Shown: positions 41,130 to 50,100 of the stretch, piece by piece
Layout of the letters: each line of letters starts with the position of its first letter
Position numbering within the stretch: position 1 is the stretch's first letter
NCBI RefSeq assembly: GCF_902652985.1
Contig: NC_047019.1
Span: forward strand, 42,594,001-42,658,000
Source of the DNA: Pecten maximus
Lineage: Eukaryota
Length of the DNA: 64,000 bases
Reading direction: 5' to 3'
The notes under the pieces: model-generated
What the model was told of the DNA's origin: nothing
The model's input: the letters and a program-made list of their open reading frames with translations, nothing else
The model's database searches: none
Program-made: the position numbers and the translations under genes

Positions 41130-44100
41130 GTAAATGTGTCATTGTAAAATTTTAATGTAAAATGGCTAATTGTTTTCCCGTTTGCCTGGGCCTGTGAGGG
41201 GTGTGTCCCTGTGGGTCCAATGATTGGTCAGTGAAGTAAGCTGGTACTCACGGCCTCCGTCCAATCCCCGATTTACCCAGGGTCCCCTAGGTCCCGGTTT
41301 AGGTTTGAATCACAGAAGTTTTATTCATTCGAGATACTTTGGCTTGCGTGTCAACTTTGTTTTTTGTCACGTCAAGTCGGAAGTTCGGAGCCTAAGTCGG
41401 GCACATACGACCGAACTTTCATTACGATGGTATCAATCACGAGCATATTCGAGTAACAGAAGATCAGGAGAATCAATTCTTCGACACGAAACCTGATTAA
41501 GCTGTATAATTACGAACTCTCGATTTATTTCCCATTGTGTTGGGAACTCCGAGCTACGAGTCCAACGATCCGATTTGTGTTGAGAACATCGATTTACGCA
41601 CTTGTTAATATGGCCGGTGAATGGTGAATGAACTTGATTGGGTCATGCAGAGAAATCGTAGAACCAAATCCCGAATTGATTATCGATCCTTACACGAAGG
41701 GAATTGGAACAGTAGTGTGTCCGATATATCTGAAACGAACCCTCAAGAACTGTCTATAAACATTGCAAATCAAGAGGACCTATTTTTCGCTTCGTGTGCA
41801 GGAATGGCTGAAGGGGGTAAATCTGTCACGCCCCGGGCTTATCGCAGTCTAGAGAACGTTTGCATCGAGTCTCCTTTGGTTAGTGATGTGGACAAGCGCC
41901 TTGAGGAGGCAGACCGGGAGATCGCGCTGTTAGAGAAAAAACTGGAGTCGGCCAGATTGAACAGTGCATTAAAGGACAGAAGGAAGAAGCGGGATGATCT
42001 TCAGAGGCAGTTAGATGACATCCAGCAGGATCAGCCTCAATCAGCAGCGACTGGCCTTGGTTCAGGTATGCCTAACGACATAGACTTGATTAAACTGAGA
42101 AAAATGGACCAGCTGGTCAGCAGATCGAGCAAGAAGATGTCCAGGGTGTTGCCGGAATTTTCCGGTAGTGATACTGACTCTGACACTCTATCAGTCGCCT
42201 CATCGGCTTCCTACAATAGCTTTAAACGAGCACGTAAGGGTGAAAAACTCAGATCTGGTTTGAAAGCTAAAGCTGGAGACGTCGTGAAATTCCCTCAAGC
42301 TTATCCCCACCACTTTCTTCAATACAAATATGTAAGTAAGAATCCCCAGTTTCAAGATCTCACCTTTAAATTATTTGTGGCGGGAGAGCTTGAGATAATT
42401 TCCAAGACGAGCTCTGCTTCAGAGAAGGAAGGAAGGACAGTATTCCTTCAGAAAATTGTGTATTATAGCAATATTTATGAATGGAAAGCCTTGCTTGCAT
42501 GGTATGCGGCATGGCTTCGCAAGATAGAGTTGGGTGAGAGATCATGGTCAGATGATCCCTCAAGTATTGAAGTCCCAATTTTGGCGAAACATGTGTTGAT
42601 GCAAAAAAATGAGAAACCCAGAAATAGTGGTCCGATTCAGTCGGACTCTGGGAGAGTTTGGTTTTGTGTAATGTTTCAGAAAAATCGTTGTAGCGAAAGA
42701 GGGGATCATGATGGCGACATACGGGGTGTCAAAAGGCATTTGCTACATATCTGTGCCACATGTTGGAAAAAAGATGGGGTAAAAAGACAACATCCTGAAT
42801 CAGCAGAGACATGTCCAAATGCCTTGTGACTAACCGTCCCGTCTGTAGGTATTGAGATAGATCCAGACACCTCAATTATAGAACCCGAGTATGTGCCTTT
42901 TGAATTTGGAGGTAATTTGTTTGTATCGGGTGGCCAAGATATTGATTATAGACATATACCTATAGACGCTGTAGATGATATAGTTTCTGAGGTACCCGAA
43001 GAAACTGTTAGAAATTTACAGGTTCAATCCTGCTTTAATTTTAATACCCAAAGGACCCCTGTTAAGTCAAATTTTAACATCAGATATATGAAAGACAGGT
43101 TAGAGTTGTACTCGGATCTAGAGGTTTTAAAATTTTTAGAGTTTGGTTTTCCCATAGGGTTAGACAACCACCTCTTAATTCATCGCCAGGAGGCTACTTC
43201 AGAGGTAAGTTCTTCTATCAAGTACAGAAATCACAAAGGAGCTACAGACTTTCCTCAGGAAATAAGTGAGTATTTACGTATTGAGTTGGCAAATGAGTCG
43301 GTGTTAGGTCCATTTGAGGAAAATCCGTTTTCCTTACCCATGGTGATTTCCCCCTTAAACTCAGTTCCAAAGAGGGATTCTGAGGAAAGACGCATAATTT
43401 TGGATTTGAGCTTTCCGGACTCTAAGTCAGTAAATAGTTGTATCCCCAAGACTTCATATTTAGGGGACCCCATCTCATTGTCATACCCCAGGGTAGATGA
43501 CCTGGTAGAGATTATCAAGGAGAAAGGGAGGGGTTGTTGTCTTTTCAAGAGAGACCTTAGGAAGGCTTACAGACAAATTCCCATCGACCCGGGAGATATT
43601 CGTTTTTTAGGTTTCTCTTGGGAAGGTAAGATGTATTTTGATCGGGTCTTATCTATGGGTTTGCGTTCGGCAGCGTACATTTGTCAAAGAGTCACAAGTC
43701 TGATTTCGTTCTTAATGCTGCAGGACGGTTTTCTGGTCCTCAATTATCTAGATGATTTTGCAGGGGCTGAGTGCCCGGACATGGCAGATTTGGCTTTCTG
43801 GAGACTTGGTTCCCTTCTCTCTGATTGTGGCTTTATCGAATCGGAGAAGAAGGCAGAGCCTCCTGCCACTCGTATGGTTTTTTTGGGTGTCTTGTTTGAC
43901 ACAGTCAGGATGGTCTTAGAGGTCCCTGATTTTAGGTTGCAGGAAATAGGAATCTTAACCTGCGAATGGTTGAAAAAGGAAAGGGCTTCCTTAAAGGAGA
44001 TTCAATCCCTGCTGGGAAAATTACAGTTTGTCGCTGCCTGTGTTCGTCCAGGTCGACTTTTTGTTAGCCGTATATTGAACTGGCTCCGGTCGATTGGTCA

Positions 44101-46955
44101 GGACAGTCATCGTTCCTGGAGTATTTCAGAAGAGGTGAGAAAGGACATATTGTGGTGGCACATTTTTCTGGCACAGTATAACGGTGTGTCCATTATGTTT
44201 CTGGAACAATGGTCCACTCCAGACACTGAGTTTGCCTCAGATGCTTGTCTCACAGGCGGGGGAGGCTACTTCATGGGTAGATACTTTCATACAGAGTTCC
44301 CAGACACCATCCTTCAACTGTCCCCATGTATAAACATCCTAGAGTTGTTAACAGTTATGGTGAGTATAAAACTCTGGGCCAGTGCCTTTAAAGGTAAGAG
44401 AATTGTCATACTATGTGACAACGAAGCCACGGTATCGGTCCTCAACTCAGGTAGGTCCAGAATTCAATTTATGCAGAGCTGTCTCAGAGAGATATGTTAC
44501 TTTGCTGCTAGTTTTGAATTTGAGATCAGGGCGCAACACATCTCTGGAATTCAAAATCGACTACCAGACCATTTATCCAGGTGGCATTTAGATGTTATAC
44601 ACCAGCAGGAGTTCATCCGTTTGACCAAGGAAGTTGACCTGGTAGAGGAGGTAGTACCCTCTAGCATGTTCTCCTTCTCCCACTCTTGGTAGATTATCTA
44701 TACATAGTAGTTGAGACAGGGTATATATATAGTGATGTATCCCTCTCTTGGTGGTTTACCTTTTTCTTCAGTTTTGTACATATGTTGACACTATATACAT
44801 AGCAGTGTATCTTTTCCTAGTTTATAAGGTAAATTTTAGCGATATCAGGCTTTTATGACTCCTGTTTCATCCTTCCAGACACTGCCTGGTCACAGCTTAG
44901 GAAAGATCTCAAGGTGTCCGCTAGAGCAGCCTTCGCTGAGGGTACTTATAGAAATTTCCGTACACAATGGAAAGCTTATTTTCTGTTTTGCGAAGCGTTC
45001 CGGAAACAGCCGTTGCCGGTAAGCACGGAGATTATATGCCTTTACGCTCAGTTTTTAAGTCGGACTTTCATCAGTGTCGATTCTATTCGCAACTATATAG
45101 CGGGAGTCAAAACTCTTCACATGTTGCTAAACTTAAAGTATGACATTAGACAATATGAACTGAACTTAGTTTTGAAAGGTTTGTCGAGGTTGAACCCACA
45201 TTGTCCCTCTCAAGCGAAACCTATCACCCCTCAGATTCTCGGTAAGATACATCAGCGACTAGATCATGATGATCCAGAGGACACCACTCTGTGGTGTATG
45301 TTTTTATTCAGTTTCTATCTCATGCTGCGGAAGTCTAATTTAATGCCTAATAGTAGTCACAAATTTGACCCTAGTAAACATCTTTTACGACAGGATATTT
45401 TAGTAGAGGATGGGGTCCTCTTGGTTGTCGTAAAGTGGTCTAAGACCAATCAATTCGGACATCGGATCGTGCGTTCCCCTCTGGTGGCCATTCCTGGGTC
45501 CCCACTTTGTCCTTTACATGCCTTTGTTCGCATGACTGATCTAAACCCTGCACGTCCCAGGGCCCCAGCCTTCCTTAAGACTACAGGAAAGAAAATTGTC
45601 CCCTTTTGTTACCCACAATTTCAGCAGAGGCTACGGGAACTTATTCTTAGTGTAGGCCTAGATGCTGCCTCGTTCTCTTCGCATAGTTTTCGCAGGGGAG
45701 GGGCCACTTGGGCCTTTTCTTTGGGGATTCCAGGGGAGTTAATTCAGGTGCAGGGGGATTGGGCCAGCGACGCCTACAAAACGTATATCAGTTTTTCCTT
45801 AGAGGATAGGCTTCAGGTTTGCAGAAACATGAGAGATGCAATTTTAGCATTGCATCATTAACCAAGTTATCAGCCTCCCGCAGTTTTTTCGGGCTTGGTG
45901 GCCGGAGGCTTGGCGGCCCCTCAAACTGCTTGTATTTGTGTTTAATATGTTTGCTTATTAACATGCTTATTCATAAGTATTATTAATTTGCTTAATTTGA
46001 GCTTTGTTTGATTTGAGCTATGTTTAATTTGAGCTATGTTTAATTTGAGCTATGTTTAATTTGAGTTTTGTTTAATTGAGCTTTGTTTAAATTGATCTTC
46101 ATTTATTTGAGTTTGATCATGTAGATGCTTAAAGCTGTGTGTTCGATAACAAGCTTGCATGTAGTGCTAGAGGTGTATTTCCTTTTGGGGTTGCCTTGCT
46201 TATGCCATTTGCATACCAGAGACATTTAAGTAAAGTGGAGCATGGCACCCTAACTGGCTGACGCCTTCTAATGTGTTATACAATAAATTGTTACGGGCAT
46301 ACAGTTGTTATGTTGTAAATATCGTTGACCAGGCAGGGGAGAGAATTACGTTTACTTAATCCCATGTAATTTATTTTATTATACCGACATGTGGGAACAG
46401 TTTTGGAAAATAAATTTTGTATCTTGTGCACTATACTACAATATTCTAGAAAGAATCAGGCATGGATTCATTGTGTAATGATACTGCTCAGATAGGGGAG
46501 GTTACTCTTCCCAAACTTCAACAATCCCTTACAGCATGTAAAAACATGCGGACGGATTATCATTCATGAAGGATCATGATTTTACCAATTTTACCATTTT
46601 GAAATAAATAATGGAACCCTAGATAAAAGAAATGTATACTAAAAATAAATGTTATGCTATTTCACTATAATATCGTATATCTTATGTATGGTCCAAGTGG
46701 AAAGCCTTCAAGAATGTTCTGGAAATCATAAACACAAACAGCATGAACAGCATGGTTGTCACATGGTTTCAATGGTTCATGGAAAACAGACGATTAAACG
46801 TGAAAGAGATTTCTGTGTGATTTCAGAAAATGTCGAACTAACAAACCAATACGCAATTTACTCAATTTTGAATAAAGATAGAAAATATATATTACCTTAG
46901 CACCATCTTTCAACATCTGGGCAAAGCCCGGTGCTGTCGGTACGTGCATCGCCAT
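31569..46955 (-). CDS. CCT8: T-complex protein 1 subunit theta (chaperonin CCT8), complete, 16 exons, 544 aa
   Basis: Exons 46896-46955, 38198-38288, 37605-37816, 37156-37225, 36753-36881, 36287-36348, 35894-36031, 34932-35003, 34554-34727, 34330-34417, 34002-34117, 33774-33845, 33150-33242, 32307-32378, 31873-31992, 31569-31634 (1635 nt, all GT-AG, phases consistent). Peptides MAMHVPTAPGFAQMLKDGAK, TNDAATIL, EVGDGTNF, VPGAGATE and IIMAKPAGGPK...WDDD*. Confidence 0.97.
35490..35866 (+). mobile_element. Degenerate non-autonomous Helentron-type (HINE-like) element
   Basis: Starts AACAAGAGGCTCAGAGAGCCTGCATCGCTCAC (short hairpin plus subterminal motif) and ends GGTGAGCCAAAAA. The terminus resembles the reverse-oriented one at 60875-60910. 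Confidence 0.55.
38569..39766 (+). mobile_element. Non-autonomous Helentron-type (HINE-like) element with about 6 internal 155-bp repeats
   Basis: 5' hairpin (AGATCCCAGAGGAATCT) and subterminal GCCCACCAT; 155-bp tandem units (marker at 38891, 39046, 39201, 39356, 39511); GACG microsatellite; 3' palindrome TAGCCCACCATC-ATCA-GATGGTGGGCTA; A-rich flanks. Confidence 0.8.
40390..40449 (+). ncRNA. Minimal type I hammerhead ribozyme (Penelope/retrozyme-like)
   Basis: Stem I AAGATTT-GTC / GAC-(CAATA)-AAATCTT; core CTGATGA+A 40400-40407; stem II GACCCT/AGGGTC; GAAA 40425-40428; stem III C-TA-G; GTA cleavage triplet 40432-40434. Confidence 0.82.
41094..41128. repeat. 35-nt poly-G run
   Basis: Directly visible, immediately left of the retrotransposon. 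Confidence 0.9.
41621..42829 (+). CDS. Gag-like ORF1 (coiled coil plus C-terminal Cys/His zinc finger)
   Basis: 402 aa; heptad region RLEEADREIALLEKKLE; WFCVMFQKNRC...H...HICATC...H...CP at the C-terminus. Confidence 0.85.
   Translation: MVNELDWVMQRNRRTKSRIDYRSLHEGNWNSSVSDISETNPQELSINIANQEDLFFASCAGMAEGGKSVTPRAYRSLENVCIESPLVSDVDKRLEEADREIALLEKKLESARLNSALKDRRKKRDDLQRQLDDIQQDQPQSAATGLGSGMPNDIDLIKLRKMDQLVSRSSKKMSRVLPEFSGSDTDSDTLSVASSASYNSFKRARKGEKLRSGLKAKAGDVVKFPQAYPHHFLQYKYVSKNPQFQDLTFKLFVAGELEIISKTSSASEKEGRTVFLQKIVYYSNIYEWKALLAWYAAWLRKIELGERSWSDDPSSIEVPILAKHVLMQKNEKPRNSGPIQSDSGRVWFCVMFQKNRCSERGDHDGDIRGVKRHLLHICATCWKKDGVKRQHPESAETCPNAL
42830..44692 (+). CDS. Reverse transcriptase - RNase H (pol); frame open from the gag stop, first ATG at 43088
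   Basis: RIILDLS, KRDLRKAYRQIP, MGLRSA, YLDD, FLG; RNase H residues SDAC, LELL, CDN, LPDHLSR. Confidence 0.95.
   Translation, partial: LTVPSVGIEIDPDTSIIEPEYVPFEFGGNLFVSGGQDIDYRHIPIDAVDDIVSEVPEETVRNLQVQSCFNFNTQRTPVKSNFNIRYMKDRLELYSDLEVLKFLEFGFPIGLDNHLLIHRQEATSEVSSSIKYRNHKGATDFPQEISEYLRIELANESVLGPFEENPFSLPMVISPLNSVPKRDSEERRIILDLSFPDSKSVNSCIPKTSYLGDPISLSYPRVDDLVEIIKEKGRGCCLFKRDLRKAYRQIPIDPGDIRFLGFSWEGKMYFDRVLSMGLRSAAYICQRVTSLISFLMLQDGFLVLNYLDDFAGAECPDMADLAFWRLGSLLSDCGFIESEKKAEPPATRMVFLGVLFDTVRMVLEVPDFRLQEIGILTCEWLKKERASLKEIQSLLGKLQFVAACVRPGRLFVSRILNWLRSIGQDSHRSWSISEEVRKDILWWHIFLAQYNGVSIMFLEQWSTPDTEFASDACLTGGGGYFMGRYFHTEFPDTILQLSPCINILELLTVMVSIKLWASAFKGKRIVILCDNEATVSVLNSGRSRIQFMQSCLREICYFAASFEFEIRAQHISGIQNRLPDHLSRWHLDVIHQQEFIRLTKEVDLVEEVVPSSMFSFSHSW
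44881..45861 (+). CDS. Tyrosine recombinase; frame open from 44833, first ATG only at 45121
   Basis: Catalytic set LRKSN (R), WSKTNQ (K), HSFRRGGA (HxxR), GDW and AYKTY (Y); N-terminal core-binding-like region TYRNFRTQWKAYFLFC. Confidence 0.95.
   Translation, partial: TAWSQLRKDLKVSARAAFAEGTYRNFRTQWKAYFLFCEAFRKQPLPVSTEIICLYAQFLSRTFISVDSIRNYIAGVKTLHMLLNLKYDIRQYELNLVLKGLSRLNPHCPSQAKPITPQILGKIHQRLDHDDPEDTTLWCMFLFSFYLMLRKSNLMPNSSHKFDPSKHLLRQDILVEDGVLLVVVKWSKTNQFGHRIVRSPLVAIPGSPLCPLHAFVRMTDLNPARPRAPAFLKTTGKKIVPFCYPQFQQRLRELILSVGLDAASFSSHSFRRGGATWAFSLGIPGELIQVQGDWASDAYKTYISFSLEDRLQVCRNMRDAILALHH
45992..46100. repeat. 16-bp tandem repeat (TTAATTTGAGCTATGT), about 7 copies, in the retrotransposon 3' region
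   Basis: Directly visible. Confidence 0.9.
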
Positions 46956-47164
46956 GATTGCGTCCCAGAATGCCAAGGTGCGCGATTACGGAAATATCCG
47001 AGATTTGCCGACAGTGTGCGGAAATAGATTGTTCGAGAGCGCATGCGATCATTAGGTTGACAAGAGCAGAAGACAATACACAAATTTTGAGTTTGTTGTG
47101 GTGTCATACAGGACAAATACATGCGAGGATCACAAAATCTGTGCTGGTATACATCTCGAAAAAT
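46956..47164. promoter_or_regulatory. Bidirectional promoter region for CCT8 and macoilin
   Basis: 209 bp between divergent ATGs; CpG-rich; NRF1-like GCGCATGCG 47039-47047; two ETS-like CGGAAAT at about 46989 and 47019. Confidence 0.8.
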
Positions 47165-50100
47165 ATGAAGAGGAGAAATGCTGACTGCGGCAAGCTACGA
47201 CGCCTTCCAAAGCGAAGCAAAATAACGGAAGGTTTCTACGGAAGGTACATTCCCCATTTCAATATGGCAGCAAGCTGAACTGCAAAATTATCATATGGAG
47301 ACAATTTTGACAGATATTCTGCTGAAGCCAAAACTGTCAACAAAATATGTATTGTATGTTAAAATATTTTGACTTTCTGACCATAACCACAGCGATCCTG
47401 CACCACACTACACTGTTGTTTGTCCTAAATACACTTAATATTCTCACTATACGAGACCGTTTGCATTAATTCGGTCCATGTTGCAACATCACATGGAAAT
47501 CAGCTGCTGTCTTACCGTTAATCCGCGAGTAGCAAGCTGATAATGCTTGACAGTCATGTTTGTTGTAAGTTGACAAAAAAGATGTGCAAGTTTCATGAAT
47601 ATGCTCATATGATGACCATTGCTGTAATCAAATCGCTATTAATTAATGTGTAGATATCCATATTTCAGCACAATACAATATAGCATGGTGTTTGAAGCAG
47701 TATGAACCTAGAGTAAATGTTGTAGTATTGGATTTAAAAAAGTTTTTTGAGATTTATTTTAGATATATTGTAATAACTTTATTAAAAAATCCTAAAAATT
47801 GTGATTGTACATGTGGTATGCAGCTTGTACACAACACCTGATTACTTACAATGGTCACCATGACAGTTATATACCTGCCCTTTATCATAATTTAGTAGTC
47901 CAGATCTGTTTTAATGATTTAAACAAATGACATTTCAATGAATATTGAGGTGGCACTTTTTATTTTGATTTGATTTTGACATTCAAACAACAAACAAACA
48001 AACTGTAGACCTATCATTACAAAAAATATTGATGTATTGTCAATTCTCATCTTCCCATATGATAAAGATTCTTTTTTTTCAGAGAATTGATGCAAAGGTA
48101 GACACTGAAAAAAATTCACCAACCACTTTAAATAACCCTCTCATGCCTCTGCAATTCCCCCCACAGGAATTCAATGTTAGCGTCATGACTGACAGAATTG
48201 GTCATAAATTAAATAAATAAGAATAATAATAGCTGTGGCAAAACCTGTTTATGATGATAAAATTGTTATTTTACAGGATATCTCTGTCTTTAACTCTTCC
48301 TTTCAATTTTCGCAAGTCGAGAGCAGCCATTTTGCCTATGGCTGTATTGTGTAATACACAAAACAAATACCCCCAGATTTCTGAAAAAAACATCCTTTTG
48401 GTTTATTTTCACGTTGATTGGCTTCTTTTGCTGTAAACAATGATTCAATCTTGCAAAAAAAGTCCAACAAGAAGTATCTTCAAAAAAGAAAATGGACAAA
48501 GTTGACATTGTTGTATATTTTGAGAAGAAAAAAAAAAGAACAAAACAAGTGACAGTCAATGCAAGACAGCTATAAAAAGAATGACCATAGTGATAATGTT
48601 ACACTATGTTGTCAAATTTGGCAAGAATCATGTCATCAATAGGTAGAGTCAGCTGCATATTTTGTAGTTTTGTAACTCACTTCTCTAAAATAGCAAACCT
48701 ATTTGAACATACATACCTATAAAGAAACAGTTTTCCATTTTCCAATAACTGATAAACAAAATTGTTTTTCTAACAGTCAGTTGCATTATAATCAGACTGG
48801 TTTTTGTACATGGATGTGTATGAACTATCTTCTGGTTATAGGGATTTGCAATTTCAGTATTAAAATGCAGACACACTTTGAAGAAAGGAAAATACATTAT
48901 ATTGGAAATAATTAACACTAACTAACTTACTTAAAATGGTAAAATTAAACCATTTTAAATGTAGGGCATAGACCTAGGAATTTCATTACAGAAGTAGTAT
49001 AGGTTCATGTTTACCTGTGATCACTTTTTAACGTCAGGATGCCTTTGGTACCTGCCGTTATAGTCGTGATGGGAAAATGTTGTTAGTGACACTTTTGTTT
49101 TTTCCAGCTAACAATTCCTCTTTTCTGTCATACAAATGATATACATCCGCAGCCTAATATAGTTCCTATTTTGATAGCAGTTATTGACACGATTCAACTG
49201 ATGTAAACCGTATTTACTGCAATTATTTGAAATGAATGTTTGATGTTCTAGACTATTTTAGAGTATAAATATAAACATTTTCCTCGTCAGTATATGCAAT
49301 TTTGTTGGCGTAGGATTACGTAGTTCTGTCTCGATCCTGCCTTGAAAACGAAAGTAAAAAAAATCAGTTTGATCGTCGTGGAAATTTACATGCATTCACA
49401 GAGAAACTATCCACATGTCTTAGACTCATATGTTCATCCTGAGTTCATATGCAGGAACATTTATTATAAGCCTAAAACCAACCCTATTTACGTAGTCAAA
49501 TGCACCCGAACATTCCACGAGATAACTTCAGCTGTCACGTGACTCATCACAAGTCCAACGACCGTTCGCAGTTTCATATTCATTTGTATGTCGCTATAAT
49601 ACGCAAGAAATATCACCAGGAATTGAAGGCAGGTTGTAACAAACTACATTGCCGTTTTTCGTGAGGATTTTATTAAATAAGGTTATTATTTGTTTATTTG
49701 AAAATAATCTAATGATTATGATCCATGACTGATGTACTGGCGTCGATGTCAAAATGTCAACGGACAACGCGACTGTAATTTTCTATCAGAGTTAAAATAT
49801 GTTACTAGGGGTCATAAAATAGATGTTTGCTAGGCCTAATTAACATCTTATAGTATAAATATAAAATAAAAAAAAACTTAGGCTGTGTACATCTTTGATT
49901 GTACAACATGTTCTGTTAATAAACCGATTTGTCAATTTGAGTAAGAAGATTGAAATTTTTCGCTTTATTACTTTGCAGCACTTTTCTGTACCTGAAGTTT
50001 CTAATGGTTTGGGCCCTTGTGCTGATGGCAGATTTCATCTTGGAATTTCGTTTTGAGTACCTGTGGCCATTTTGGCTTCTAGTCAGGAGTGTGTATGATT

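Larger units (their letters stand above)
41129..46360 (+). mobile_element. Tyrosine-recombinase retrotransposon (DIRS order, Ngaro-like), apparently intact, antisense in CCT8 intron 1; boundaries approximate
   Basis: Order gag-like, RT/RNaseH, YR; higher GC than the flanks; no methyltransferase domain after RNase H; Cys/His finger in ORF1; AATAAA at 46282. Confidence 0.92.

Noticed and set aside
45861-45930. HDV-like ribozyme interpretation of the pseudoknot
   Set aside because: The P1/P2 order fits, but the P3/L3 consensus and P1.1 pairing are absent; kept only as a generic structure.
46958-47278. 106-aa ORF spanning the promoter
   Set aside because: Only 47165-47244 is macoilin exon 1; the upstream extension has a non-ATG start and overlaps the promoter.
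49754-49795. ATG TCA ACG GAC AAC GCG ACT|GTAATT as an alternative coding first exon of macoilin
   Set aside because: The donor is phase 0, but exon 2 requires phase 2.
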